A DNA stretch of 64,000 nucleotides from Gammaproteobacteria bacterium (GCA_026995045.1 JALWPK010000137.1:83-64082), one strand, 5' to 3'. Shown: positions 9,561 to 19,917, numbered from the stretch's first letter. Program-made: numbers and translations. Notes: generated from the letters alone by a model not told the origin.

Positions 9561-11127
9561 CCACCCCCTTCATAATTACACGCAATGAAAACCCGCCATT
9601 GCTTCTGCGATCGCGATCCGGCTTGATGCCACTTTCGGCGGTAAATTTTTTCTCTGAGCGCACTTCAACCGGCATCTTGATGGCTTCCGCCTGCTCAATT
9701 CGCTCATCATCCATCAAGGCGTCGATAATATCCTGTATTCTGTCTACCGACGCGCTGTAATTGTCAGCCGAAATCGCCAACCGGCCTTCAATCACGGCCA
9801 CATGCCTGAGCCGGTCTTTTGATATGACATCAGGTTCGGACACGAGCGGCTGTTTTTTTCCTTTTACCTCACTCACCTGTTCCGGTTGCCAGCTGATACT
9901 GTCAATCGTGATATCTTCAAGCTTCGCCCTGTCGATAATTCGGCTGAACGCTATCATCAGATCCAGCGGTGACACCTTACTGTGCTGCCGGATCTGTCTC
10001 GCCAGATCCACAGCCGAATTCATTACGCTGGCATTGGCAAAAACTTCTTCATAGGCTTCAAACTTGTTTTTATAGACCTGACGATATTCCTTTTCCTGCT
10101 CAACCAGCAGCTCGCTTGCCTTGTTGTGCTCAATCGCATCGGAAATGTAGGATTCGGTCAGCAGCAAGCCTGTAACCAACAAGGCGATTGACGCCGCGTA
10201 CAGACCACCCGCCAGCAATGTATAAAAATAACGGTTTTTTTCATGACGCTTTCCGTAGTGGCCACCTACCTGCATCAGGTTGAGACAGGCCCAGGCAAAT
10301 AATCCATCGGCAAACTTGCTGTTGTAACCCTTGAAACCGGATTTTTCCTCCAGCTCACGGATACGGTGTATGCTTACCTGCTCGCGGTCTGTTGACGTGA
10401 ACATTGCCCGAATCGAGTCGATTTGTTCATCCGCCGCCAGAATATGCACATGCAGCACTTCATCGCCCCGAATCAAATCCTGGCTGCGCAGAAAATTGAT
10501 GGTGCGCTCGACTTCAGGCTTGGCGTATTCTCCCAGTCTGCTGATATCACTGGCGTCAAGATTAATCACCGATTGCCGCGAGGTAATCATCTTGCCATCA
10601 CGGAAAAAGGTTTGCCGCAGGTTGCTGTTCACCTGCTGGCTGACTAGCAGAACCGGCCCTTTTTTTGCCCCCAGCATCGGCAGAATCTGTTTGCTCACCA
10701 GCGGCAGGGTCCAGATGCCGGAAAGCGGCACATCGCATTTTTCTATGATATCCAGCCACGGCTGTATCAAATCCGGATTGGTGATGGCGCCCAGCAATAC
10801 GCGGTTATCCTTGCGGCCGTGTTTGTCCCGCGCAATGATTTCGCTGTAGGTAAACTGCCTGCTTGCGCGGTAATAGCGGTCGATCATACGCTCAATTACC
10901 GCCGCGCGATCCTTGCCGTATACATGAGGCGCGGACTCAATGCGAAAGTCTTCTTCAATGACATCGACCAGCAGCTTGGTGGCGATTTTCGCCGAGCTTT
11001 GAAGGTATTGCTCAAATTTGGCGTAACCGTCACTATCCGGCTCGAATGAGCAGGCGCCGGAAAACTGCTTGCCACTCCAGTGCAGAATGCTCATTCGGTG
11101 GCCGGTAAAATAGAATATTCGCTTCAT
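9550..11127 (-). CDS. PilM/PilN-like (MshI/GspL-like) fused alignment protein
   Basis: About 300-aa cytoplasmic domain, one TM (LLAGGLYAASIALLVTGLLL), periplasmic domain; follows the platform gene. Confidence 0.65.
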   Translation of the reverse strand: MKRIFYFTGHRMSILHWSGKQFSGACSFEPDSDGYAKFEQYLQSSAKIATKLLVDVIEEDFRIESAPHVYGKDRAAVIERMIDRYYRASRQFTYSEIIARDKHGRKDNRVLLGAITNPDLIQPWLDIIEKCDVPLSGIWTLPLVSKQILPMLGAKKGPVLLVSQQVNSNLRQTFFRDGKMITSRQSVINLDASDISRLGEYAKPEVERTINFLRSQDLIRGDEVLHVHILAADEQIDSIRAMFTSTDREQVSIHRIRELEEKSGFKGYNSKFADGLFAWACLNLMQVGGHYGKRHEKNRYFYTLLAGGLYAASIALLVTGLLLTESYISDAIEHNKASELLVEQEKEYRQVYKNKFEAYEEVFANASVMNSAVDLARQIRQHSKVSPLDLMIAFSRIIDRAKLEDITIDSISWQPEQVSEVKGKKQPLVSEPDVISKDRLRHVAVIEGRLAISADNYSASVDRIQDIIDALMDDERIEQAEAIKMPVEVRSEKKFTAESGIKPDRDRRSNGGFSLRVIMKGVDDA

Positions 11128-12332
11128 AGTTTTACACTGGATACGGCGTCATAAACCGGGCCAAGGACAGACAGCATAATCCACATCATGATTCCACCCA
11201 GCAACAAGGTCAACGCCGGCATCATCGCTGGCTCCAGCTTGTCGATGGATTCCCGTACTTCGCGGTTATAAAAATAGCTGACATTCAACAGCGCTTCGTC
11301 CATCGCGCCGGTATCCTCGCCAATCTTGAGCATGCGCACGATCATTGACGGGAACACACCGATACTCTCAAAACTTTTGCTGATCAACGTGCCCTCTGCT
11401 ATTTGCCCTCTTGCATTGCTAATGGCTTCTGACAGCACCACGTTGTCCACCATACTCTCCGATATTTTCAGCGCATCCAGCACGGTGATGCCGGAGCTGT
11501 ACATCATGGCGAAATAATTCGCAAACCGCGCCAGTTTGATTTTGCTGTTAAGCGGACCGAACAGCCAGATTTTCAGCTTGACGCCATCGAGGGCATAACG
11601 CACCATGTGACTGTGCCGGTTGAGATAGGACAGGACAAACCACGCCAACACCGGCAGACCAAAAATCAGGTACCAGTATTCAATAAAAGCGTCGGAAACA
11701 CTCATCAATATGCGGGTATGCAACGGTATTTCCGAACCGATATTTTTTATGAACGGCAATAACTGCGGCATCAGGTACATCATCAAAAAGCTGACCACGC
11801 CCAGCACAACTACCGTAACAATGGCCGGATAAATCATGATTTTTTTGGTGTGCGACGCCAGCTCATCCTGCCAGCGCAAGGTGTCGGCCAGGTCGTGCAA
11901 TACCTCAGACAGGCGGCCGGTTTCCTCGCCCACTTTTACCAGCGTTACATACACCTTGTCGAAAATCTGTGGATGCTCGGCCAGCGCAAGCGAAAAGGTT
12001 TTGCCGCCTTCGATATCATCGATAATGGTTTGCAGCACATCGGTGAAGTGACTGTAATCGAGGCTGTCGCGGATATCTTTCAGGCTGTCTATCAGCGGCA
12101 CGCCGGACTTGATCAGCTGCTCAATGTGAAAAGTAAAATTAATCAGTTCACGACGCGATATTTTCTTGCGCCGCAACAATGAGCGCGACGCCTGCACCTG
12201 CTCCTTGTAACTCAGCAGATCAAAGCCCATGGTTGTCAGGCGCTTTTCCAGCTCCATCGGATTGCTGGCGATCATGGTGTCGGTTCGAATCTTGCCGTTG
12301 GCGTCTATGGTGCGGAAACGATAATCGGGCAT
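11124..12332 (-). CDS. GspF/PilC/MshG-family platform protein
   Basis: SGVPLIDSL, GEETGRL, IYPAIV, GEDTGAM, EPAM motifs of the T2SSF family. Confidence 0.93.
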   Translation of the reverse strand: MPDYRFRTIDANGKIRTDTMIASNPMELEKRLTTMGFDLLSYKEQVQASRSLLRRKKISRRELINFTFHIEQLIKSGVPLIDSLKDIRDSLDYSHFTDVLQTIIDDIEGGKTFSLALAEHPQIFDKVYVTLVKVGEETGRLSEVLHDLADTLRWQDELASHTKKIMIYPAIVTVVVLGVVSFLMMYLMPQLLPFIKNIGSEIPLHTRILMSVSDAFIEYWYLIFGLPVLAWFVLSYLNRHSHMVRYALDGVKLKIWLFGPLNSKIKLARFANYFAMMYSSGITVLDALKISESMVDNVVLSEAISNARGQIAEGTLISKSFESIGVFPSMIVRMLKIGEDTGAMDEALLNVSYFYNREVRESIDKLEPAMMPALTLLLGGIMMWIMLSVLGPVYDAVSSVKL

Positions 12333-12334
12333 GA

Positions 12335-14047
12335 CTACAACCTCTGCGTCAAATCGATGACGCGCGACACTTCCTGCAATGAGGTGTCGCCTTCCAGCAC
12401 GCGCCGCACGGCATCATCCGCCAGGGTTTTGTAACCACTTGACTTGGCGCAGTTGCGCAACTCGCCCAGGGTGGCGCGTTTGGCTATCAGTTCATCCAGT
12501 TCGCTGTCGATTCGCAAGGCTTCCACCACGGCGACCCGTCCCTTGTAGCCGGTGTTGTCGCAATGCGGGCAGCCGCCCGGCTCATAGATGGTGAGCGGCT
12601 CCTTGACATATTCCACACCCAGCAGCTTGCTTTCAATTTCGTTGGCCTGCGTCGGTTTTTTGCAATGCGGACACAGCAGGCGCACCAACCGCTGGCTGAT
12701 AATGCCGATAATGTTGCCGGTCATGATATCCGGCAGCACACCGATGTCCAGCAACCGGGGGATCGCACCGATGGCCGAGTTGGTGTGCAGTGTCGACAAC
12801 ACCTGATGGCCGGTCATGGCGGCGCGGAACGCCATGTCCGCCGTGTCTTCATCGCGGATCTCGCCGACCAGAATGATGTCCGGGTCCTGACGCATCATCG
12901 AGCGAATGCCGTTGGCGAAATCCATGCGCGCCACTTCGTTCACCGAGGTCTGGCGAATCATGTCCATCGGGTATTCCACCGGGTCTTCCAGCGTCATGAT
13001 ATTGACCTGCTCGGACTTCACATAATTGAGCATGGAATACAGCGTGGTGGTCTTGCCGCTGCCTGTCGGCCCGGTGACCAGAATAATGCCTTCCGGCCGC
13101 GCCATCATCAGTTTCAGGCTTTCCAGGGTTTCGTCGTGCACACCCAGTTTTTCCAGCGGCACAATGCCCTTTGCGCGATCCAGCACACGCAGCACGATGT
13201 TTTCACCGTGCGTGGTCGGCTGCGCCGACACACGAAAATCCACCCGATGGCCCTGCACCTGCAAACTCAAACGGCCATCCTGCGGGATGCGGGTTTCAGC
13301 GATATTCATGTTCGACATCACTTTCAGACGCACCACAATGGCTGACCAGTAATCCTTGTGCAGGCTGCGAATCTGTCTGAGTACGCCGTCAATGCGATAG
13401 CGCAGGCGCAAAAAGCCTTCTTCCGGTTCGAAATGAATGTCCGACGCTTCGCGTTTTACCGCATCCGCCAGCACCGCGTCCACCAGCCGCACCAGCGGCT
13501 GACTGTATTCATCATCTATCGCATTGAGGCTCTGGTAATCAATCTCGCCGGTTTCGATTTCGTGCAGAATGCCATCCACCGACAGTTCGTAACCGTAAAA
13601 ACGGTCAATCGCCTGTTTGATTTCACTCTCACCCGCCATCAGCGCGGTGAGTTCGATCTTGCGGCCTACAATGGCGTGAATGCGATCCAGCGCCATCAGA
13701 TCTGAGGCGTTTTTCATCGCAATCTGCAGATGCTGTGTTTCCGGATTGAAGGTCACCGGCACCACGGTATGCCGCTCGGCCATTTCCTTGCTGATCAGGT
13801 TCAGCGCTTCCTGATCCGGCACCACATTGTTCAGATCGACACTGCTCAGCCCCAGCACCTTGCTGAGCACATCACGCATCACGGACTCGGAAACAAAGCC
13901 CAGTTCGACCAGCACCTCGCCGAGCATCTTGCCGCTTTTCTTCTGCTCGGTCAGGCCAATATCAATCTGATCCTGGGTGGCGAGGCCGGCGGAGACCAGC
14001 TCTTCTCCCAGTCGGGTTTTTTTACGGATATGCGCCGGCGCGTTCAT
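12335..14047 (-). CDS. GspE/PilB/MshE-family extension ATPase with MshEN domain
   Basis: GPTGSGKTT, EDPVE, RQDPDIILVGEIRD, TGH..STLH, CPHC/CPHC zinc motif; N-terminal RLGEELV..G..LTEQ. Confidence 0.95.
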   Translation of the reverse strand: MNAPAHIRKKTRLGEELVSAGLATQDQIDIGLTEQKKSGKMLGEVLVELGFVSESVMRDVLSKVLGLSSVDLNNVVPDQEALNLISKEMAERHTVVPVTFNPETQHLQIAMKNASDLMALDRIHAIVGRKIELTALMAGESEIKQAIDRFYGYELSVDGILHEIETGEIDYQSLNAIDDEYSQPLVRLVDAVLADAVKREASDIHFEPEEGFLRLRYRIDGVLRQIRSLHKDYWSAIVVRLKVMSNMNIAETRIPQDGRLSLQVQGHRVDFRVSAQPTTHGENIVLRVLDRAKGIVPLEKLGVHDETLESLKLMMARPEGIILVTGPTGSGKTTTLYSMLNYVKSEQVNIMTLEDPVEYPMDMIRQTSVNEVARMDFANGIRSMMRQDPDIILVGEIRDEDTADMAFRAAMTGHQVLSTLHTNSAIGAIPRLLDIGVLPDIMTGNIIGIISQRLVRLLCPHCKKPTQANEIESKLLGVEYVKEPLTIYEPGGCPHCDNTGYKGRVAVVEALRIDSELDELIAKRATLGELRNCAKSSGYKTLADDAVRRVLEGDTSLQEVSRVIDLTQRL

Positions 14048-15309
14048 GGCTGTCGCTCCAGGGACTGCAAACGCAGTTTTACCGCATCGGTGGAAAAACT
14101 GTGGTTCTGGCTGCGCGCCAATTCCAGGCTGCGGCGATAAAATCGCGCCGCCTGACCGGGCTTGCCTATCCGGTCTAGGCTGACAGCCAGGTTAAAGGCG
14201 TAATCCGGATTGCCGTCATCCGCCATCCACGCATTGAAATAATAGGATTGCGCCTGCGGCCATTTTTTTTGTTGCGCGCTGATATTACCTAACGCAAAGT
14301 TGACCGGCGCGGAATCCGGCTGCTGCTTCAGCAGCATCTTGAGCCGCGATTCGCTCAGTTCACTGAACTGCTGGCCGTGATGGCTGTCCTGCGATACCGT
14401 AGCCTGTTTCAGGTTGGCCAGCGCGGCAACCGCAATCGGGTCACGCGGATTCAGCTTCAGCAATTTGGCATAATACGACTTTGCCTCGTCTATCCGGTTC
14501 TGTTTCATGGCGATAGCCGCCATGCCGAGCAGCGCATCGCGGTTTTCCGGCTCACGTTGCAATACCGCGCGGTAGGATGTCGATGCGGCGCCATAGTCAG
14601 CGCGGTTATAGGCCCGCCAGCCCTGCTGCAGCATATCGGCTACCGGGTCGACCTTTGTCGTGCGCACAAACTGTGGCTTGGCTGTCTTCGACTTTGTTGG
14701 CTTGCCGGTGTTTTTCCTGCTGGCTGCCGCCGCCACAGCTGGCGCGGACGGCTTTGCCGTCGCCGGTTTATGCGTCGCCTCCTGCTTTGCAGGCGTGTTG
14801 TCTGTCAGATCCGCAATCAATTCGGGGCGTTTTTTCTTGATAACTTCAGCATTTACTTTTTGAATCGTGATACGATGCTTGCGCTCGAGCGACTCGATGT
14901 CCTTGACCATGTTGTCATAAAAATAATAGCCGCCAAGCAGCAGGATAAAAACAGACACTGCGGCAACCGCGCCCCACACCATTTGTTGCTTGCGGCGGTG
15001 TTCGCGGTTGGTTTTATACACCAGCATCTGCAAGGCTTCATCGGATACGGTTGAGGTTGTGGTGCGCGCCTGCACCGGCTCCAGCATCAACTTACCTGCT
15101 TTCGAGTCCCGCGCTTTGGCGCCAGCCTTGTCCGGCTGCGCCGCTCCGGTCGCATCCGTCGCGGAGTCTTCATCCAGCGTCAGTTGCAACTCATCGTCGC
15201 TTTGCTCCGCTGTATGCTGCACGCGACCGCTATCGTCAGCCTCACCTTGCGATGACGCATTTTGCTTGTCTTTTGCGGCTTTTTTGAGGGCGTCCAGTAA
15301 CAGGCTCAT
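14044..15309 (-). CDS. TPR-repeat membrane protein (MshN-like C-terminus)
   Basis: MSLLLDALKKA N-terminus (GspB/ExeB-like), one TM, Ala/Pro/Lys linker, TPR repeats ending in FNLAVSLD. Confidence 0.8.
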   Translation of the reverse strand: MSLLLDALKKAAKDKQNASSQGEADDSGRVQHTAEQSDDELQLTLDEDSATDATGAAQPDKAGAKARDSKAGKLMLEPVQARTTTSTVSDEALQMLVYKTNREHRRKQQMVWGAVAAVSVFILLLGGYYFYDNMVKDIESLERKHRITIQKVNAEVIKKKRPELIADLTDNTPAKQEATHKPATAKPSAPAVAAAASRKNTGKPTKSKTAKPQFVRTTKVDPVADMLQQGWRAYNRADYGAASTSYRAVLQREPENRDALLGMAAIAMKQNRIDEAKSYYAKLLKLNPRDPIAVAALANLKQATVSQDSHHGQQFSELSESRLKMLLKQQPDSAPVNFALGNISAQQKKWPQAQSYYFNAWMADDGNPDYAFNLAVSLDRIGKPGQAARFYRRSLELARSQNHSFSTDAVKLRLQSLERQP

Positions 15310-15329
15310 GATGCTGTCAGCTCTGCGTG

Positions 15330-16949
15330 TTATTGCGGCCTGATATCATCAAGCAGGTACTGGCTGTATTCGGACAAATCACCGGTGAGACTGGCGTCAT
15401 GCGTGACCACCGGGCGGATGAAGATAACCAGCTCGGATTTCACATATTCATCATCCGTATAGGAAAACAGCCCGCCCAGAAACGGAATGCTGGACAATAA
15501 CGGCACGCCGGTTTGCTTCTTGTTGATCTGATCCTGCATCAGGCCGCCGATGACCGCGGTGTCGCCATTGTTGATTTTCAGCATGGACTCGATTTCTCGC
15601 ACCTGGATAACCGGCACTTCGGATGTGACGCGCGCTTTGGCCAGCTCCGGGTTGGGATCCTGCACGCGATCCACTATCCGGGAGATGGTCGGGCGCACAT
15701 TCATGGTGACCACATCGTTTTCATCGATGTAAGGTGTAACGGACATGACAAAACCGATGGGTACGGTGTTCACCTCGGTATCCACCACCGCCAGCGCCAC
15801 CGCATTGCCGGTGTTGTTCACTCCCTGCGACACCTCGACTTCCGTGGTGAAATACACTGCGTTGTCAACCACCTTGAGCATTGCAGTCTGGTTGTTCAGC
15901 GCCATCACTTTGGGGCTGGACAGCACTTTCACATCACCGAAGGTTTCCAGCGCGCGCAAGGTCGCGTTCAACGGGTTGCTGCCCAGCGTGTCGCTCAAGG
16001 TCAGCGAGAAAAACGGCGTATTGCCCAGGTTGCCGCCCAGCAGATTCTGGTTGAATGTCTGATCGCCGCCACCGGTGACCAGCGACCAGTCAATGCCCGC
16101 CTGATAGCGGTCGCTGAGCGTCACTTCAGCAATGGTTGCTTCAATCAGCACCTGGCGTTGCGCGCTGTTGATAACGCGGTCGAAAAACGCCTGTATCTGC
16201 TTGTGCTGGCGCGATGTCGCCCTGACCGCCAACACCCCGCTTTCGCGGTTAACAATGATATTGCCGCCGGTTTCAATCTCATCACCCTTGCCGGCTTTGA
16301 AATCCTCGCCAATGATGGCGGCGATATTGTTCGCCAGTGTTTTCCAGAACTGGTTATTGGATCTGTTTTCAACCTGCGAGCTGGAATTGTTTCCACCCCG
16401 GCTGCCGCCGCCACGGCTCTTGGCGCCTTTCCCGGCGGCGCCGCCGGTCGAACTGATTTCCGTCGATACCGTCACCTTGCCCGTGCTCAGGCGCGACATG
16501 TTCAGATACGGCACGTTATACATTTCCAGATAAGGCTTGTCGAGGCGCACGTGCAGGGTGTCGCCTTCCATGCGATAGTCAATCGGCGCCTGGCGGCTGA
16601 TGCGGTCGAGCAATTTGGGCAGGGTCTGGTCGATGGCGTTCATCGTGACCACACCCTTGACGTTGTTATCCAGATCCAGATTGATTTTGGCGTCGCGCGC
16701 TATTGAAAACAGCAAGTCCCGAACCGGCACCTGGTTGACGATGACGGTGTAGGTTTCCACTTTCTCGCGCTGCTGCGGACGCGGCAGCACGGGCGCCTGT
16801 TGCACGGTTTCAGGAATCGCCGCCTTCTGTTGCTCAACGGGCGCGTGAATATGCCCGTCAGAGACTTGCGGCGGATTGCTTGCCGAACAACCGGCCAGGG
16901 CCAGCAACAGACTGACCCACATTGCTCCATTCTTTTTACTATTTATCAT
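15330..16949 (-). CDS. MshL-type secretin lipoprotein
   Basis: Lipobox LALAGC; RQVLIEATIAEV, GIDWS, SSPKVMALNNQ, VIGGLM, PLLSSIPFLGGLF..KSELVIF. Confidence 0.92.
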   Translation of the reverse strand: MINSKKNGAMWVSLLLALAGCSASNPPQVSDGHIHAPVEQQKAAIPETVQQAPVLPRPQQREKVETYTVIVNQVPVRDLLFSIARDAKINLDLDNNVKGVVTMNAIDQTLPKLLDRISRQAPIDYRMEGDTLHVRLDKPYLEMYNVPYLNMSRLSTGKVTVSTEISSTGGAAGKGAKSRGGGSRGGNNSSSQVENRSNNQFWKTLANNIAAIIGEDFKAGKGDEIETGGNIIVNRESGVLAVRATSRQHKQIQAFFDRVINSAQRQVLIEATIAEVTLSDRYQAGIDWSLVTGGGDQTFNQNLLGGNLGNTPFFSLTLSDTLGSNPLNATLRALETFGDVKVLSSPKVMALNNQTAMLKVVDNAVYFTTEVEVSQGVNNTGNAVALAVVDTEVNTVPIGFVMSVTPYIDENDVVTMNVRPTISRIVDRVQDPNPELAKARVTSEVPVIQVREIESMLKINNGDTAVIGGLMQDQINKKQTGVPLLSSIPFLGGLFSYTDDEYVKSELVIFIRPVVTHDASLTGDLSEYSQYLLDDIRPQ

Positions 16950-16991
16950 TGTGACACCATTTGTTCACATCGCACCTGTCAGACAGACTTG

Positions 16992-18371
16992 TTATTGCAG
17001 TGACGACACCACTGAATCATTGTTAATCACCAGATCCTTGCGCAATGCGCTGACGCGGCGCAAGTAAGGCTTGCTTGCCTGTAAATCTTCGGGGAGCTTG
17101 TTCAGGGTTGCGCGCGCCATCTGACGGCTGTTGTACTCATCGTACAACACACTGTACATGGGGCGACCGTTTATTTTTGTTTCATAGATGTATATTTTTT
17201 CAAAAGCAAGCGTATCCGAAGCATCCCGCAAAAACTGCTCGACCGCATCGGCGTCAACCTTGCGCGCCATGAACAACTGGATGCTGTAGTGATTGTCGGG
17301 CACACGCAGCAACCAGTCTCGCGTATCCTGTAAGCGCGTCGCCAGCAGGTCATGAGGTGCTTCATTCATGCTGGCGACCGCCCTGTCAATCGGCGCGGCG
17401 TTCACAAGCTGTTTCACCTCGCCCACAGCCACCGTTGCAGGAGCAGGCGACGCCACGGCCAGTTGTTGACCGTTGCCCGGCAGCAATGTGCCCATCCACA
17501 CAGCCACGCCCAGGCATATCGAGGCGGCGGCCGCATAGGCGAAAGGCTTCCAGTTAACCGCTTTGGCGAAATCGCTGTCGATGGCGGCGGTGCGAACGTG
17601 TTTTGTTGTCACTTCGTGACTGCCTTCGGAATAAGCCGACATCAACGCCTTGTCGGCGAGAATATTGATTCGCCGCGTCAGGCCGCCGGAAGCTTTCTTG
17701 ATTGCTGTTGCGGTTTTCTGATTGAAAATATCCGGCCCCTTGTAACCGACGCAACGCAAGCGAAAGTTGAGATATTCCAGCGTATCTTCAGGCGGAAACG
17801 GCTCCAGATAAAAATTATGCGTGATGCGCTCCTTTAACTGGCGTATATGTGGTTGCGCCAGTTTTTCATCCAGCTCCGGCTGACCGAACAGCACCATTTG
17901 CAACAATTTGCTTTCATCGGTTTCCAGATTGCTGAGCAGGCGGATTTCTTCCAGCGTTTCCACCGGCATGCTCTGCGCCTCTTCGACAAATACCACCACC
18001 GGTTTGCCTTCCGCGTGTTTCTGCAGCAGGTAATTTTGCAGCTTCTGCATCACGTCCAGCTTGCTGGTGTTGCTGTCAACATCCAGACCGAGTTCGTGCG
18101 CAATCACATGCAGAATATTGTCTGGCGACAGGCTGGGGTTGGCGATATAGACCACATCAACCCTGTCCGCCAACCGCACTTCCAGCATGCGGCACAGCAT
18201 GGTTTTGCCACTGCCAACTTCTCCCACCACCTTGATAATGCCTTCGCCGCTGGTAATGGCGTAAGCCAGCGCGTCCAGCGCCGCGCCTCGCTTGCTGCCT
18301 TCAAAAAACAGGCTGGTGTCAGGCGTGATTTTGAACGGCGGCCGTTCGAGTCCGAAGTGTTCCAGATACAT
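16992..18371 (-). CDS. ExeA/MshM-family AAA ATPase with C-terminal SPOR-like domain
   Basis: MYLEHFGL..PF, GEVGSGKT, VEEAQ, LFGQPEL; TM followed by HYSIQL..YSVLY..LP..L...PYLR. Confidence 0.88.
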   Translation of the reverse strand: MYLEHFGLERPPFKITPDTSLFFEGSKRGAALDALAYAITSGEGIIKVVGEVGSGKTMLCRMLEVRLADRVDVVYIANPSLSPDNILHVIAHELGLDVDSNTSKLDVMQKLQNYLLQKHAEGKPVVVFVEEAQSMPVETLEEIRLLSNLETDESKLLQMVLFGQPELDEKLAQPHIRQLKERITHNFYLEPFPPEDTLEYLNFRLRCVGYKGPDIFNQKTATAIKKASGGLTRRINILADKALMSAYSEGSHEVTTKHVRTAAIDSDFAKAVNWKPFAYAAAASICLGVAVWMGTLLPGNGQQLAVASPAPATVAVGEVKQLVNAAPIDRAVASMNEAPHDLLATRLQDTRDWLLRVPDNHYSIQLFMARKVDADAVEQFLRDASDTLAFEKIYIYETKINGRPMYSVLYDEYNSRQMARATLNKLPEDLQASKPYLRRVSALRKDLVINNDSVVSSLQ

Positions 18372-19804
18372 TATGTTTTCCCCAGTTTTTGCACGCGGCT
18401 GTACAGCGTGGTGCGGTTGATATGCAAAGCCTCCGCCGCCCGGCTGACATTGTTATTGTTCATTTCCAGCGCGAGCTTGATGCAACGGCTTTCGATTTCT
18501 CCCAGTACTTCATCCAGATAAAAATCATGGTTCAGCATTTTCTGCCGGATTTGTTCATCGTCTCCCAGCAACGACGCCTTCCTGGACAGGGTGCTGCTGG
18601 ACAGCCGGGTTTCCAGTTCGGCTTCCAGCTGCTCGGCGGACACCACTGCGCCAGGGTACTTGGTGCCAAGACGAATCACGATATTGCGAAGTTCACGCAC
18701 ATTGCCGGGAAAGTCGTAATTGCCCCACAGTTTCATGGCGTCACGGTCAAGACTGAATGGCGATACCGTGCCGGCGTATTCATCCTGAAAATGATTCAGC
18801 AAGAGATACACATCGTTGCCGCGTTCGCGCAGGGGCGGCAACACAATGTTGAGTATGCTCAGACGATGATACAGATCGGTGCGAAAACGGCCGGCTTCGA
18901 CTTCATCGCCCAGATTCTTGTTGGTGGCGGCGATGATGCGCGCTCTGGATTGCAGCAATCGGGTATCGCCGACGCGGTAATACTCGCCGCTTTCCAGCAC
19001 GCGCAACAGTTTTACCTGCAGACTTGCCGGCAGTTCGCCGATTTCATCCAGCAGCAGGGTGCCATTGCCGGCGTTTTTGAAAAAGCCGTCATGCGCATCA
19101 ACCGCGCCGGTGAAGGCGCCCTTGCGATGGCCGAACAACTGCGACTCCAACAACTCAGGAGTAAACGCTGCGCAGTTGATGGCGAGATAAGGTTCGTTCG
19201 CGCGTTCGCTGTTTTCGTGTATGGCGCGCGCAATCATTTCCTTGCCGGTGCCGGACTCGCCCTCAATCAATACCGGGAACGGTGACTCGGCAAACTGGCG
19301 GATTTGTTTGTGCACCGTGTCCATGGCGATGCTGTCGCCTATGATATGGAAGGTATTTTTGGCGGACTTGCTGAGCTCAACCTGACGCAGGCGCGCATGA
19401 TGTTGCAGCCGCGCCAGCAGCAAGGTCGGGTCGGCCGGCTTGGCGATAAAATCGACCGCGCCCAGCGTCAGCGCATGCTGGATGTTGACGTCTTCATCCT
19501 GGCCGGACAGCACCAGCGTTTTGATGGCGCTGTCTTTCGCCAGCAGATCGCCAATCAGGGCAAAGCCTTCTTCCGGCGAATGTGCTTTTGGCGGCAGGCC
19601 GAGGTCAACCAGCGCCAGCGCAGGAACTTGCTGATGCGAGGCAATCGCATCCAGCGCCGCTTGCCGGCTGTCCGCCACCATCACCTCAAAATGCTTGCGC
19701 AGTATGAAGCCCAGGCTTTCGACAATCAGCGGATCATCGTCAACCAGCAGTATCAGGTCTTTCTCGTCTGTACGTGATTCAGCCATCGCGTTTGCTTTGT
19801 TCAT
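18371..19804 (-). CDS. Sigma-54-dependent response regulator (PrsR-like receiver)
   Basis: LVDDD; DLGLPP..EEGF receiver loop; GESGTGKE; ESQLFGHRKGAFTGA; INRTTLY Fis HTH. Confidence 0.92.
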   Translation of the reverse strand: MNKANAMAESRTDEKDLILLVDDDPLIVESLGFILRKHFEVMVADSRQAALDAIASHQQVPALALVDLGLPPKAHSPEEGFALIGDLLAKDSAIKTLVLSGQDEDVNIQHALTLGAVDFIAKPADPTLLLARLQHHARLRQVELSKSAKNTFHIIGDSIAMDTVHKQIRQFAESPFPVLIEGESGTGKEMIARAIHENSERANEPYLAINCAAFTPELLESQLFGHRKGAFTGAVDAHDGFFKNAGNGTLLLDEIGELPASLQVKLLRVLESGEYYRVGDTRLLQSRARIIAATNKNLGDEVEAGRFRTDLYHRLSILNIVLPPLRERGNDVYLLLNHFQDEYAGTVSPFSLDRDAMKLWGNYDFPGNVRELRNIVIRLGTKYPGAVVSAEQLEAELETRLSSSTLSRKASLLGDDEQIRQKMLNHDFYLDEVLGEIESRCIKLALEMNNNNVSRAAEALHINRTTLYSRVQKLGKT

Positions 19805-19917
19805 AACCGGTCGCTTTCATTCGCTTTATTAACAGAGTGTATATAGCAGATGAGCGGCTATTCTTTGTCTCCGGAAGGTAAACTTAGGCGTTTTTTGTTG
19901 AAATATCGGAAGCGTCC

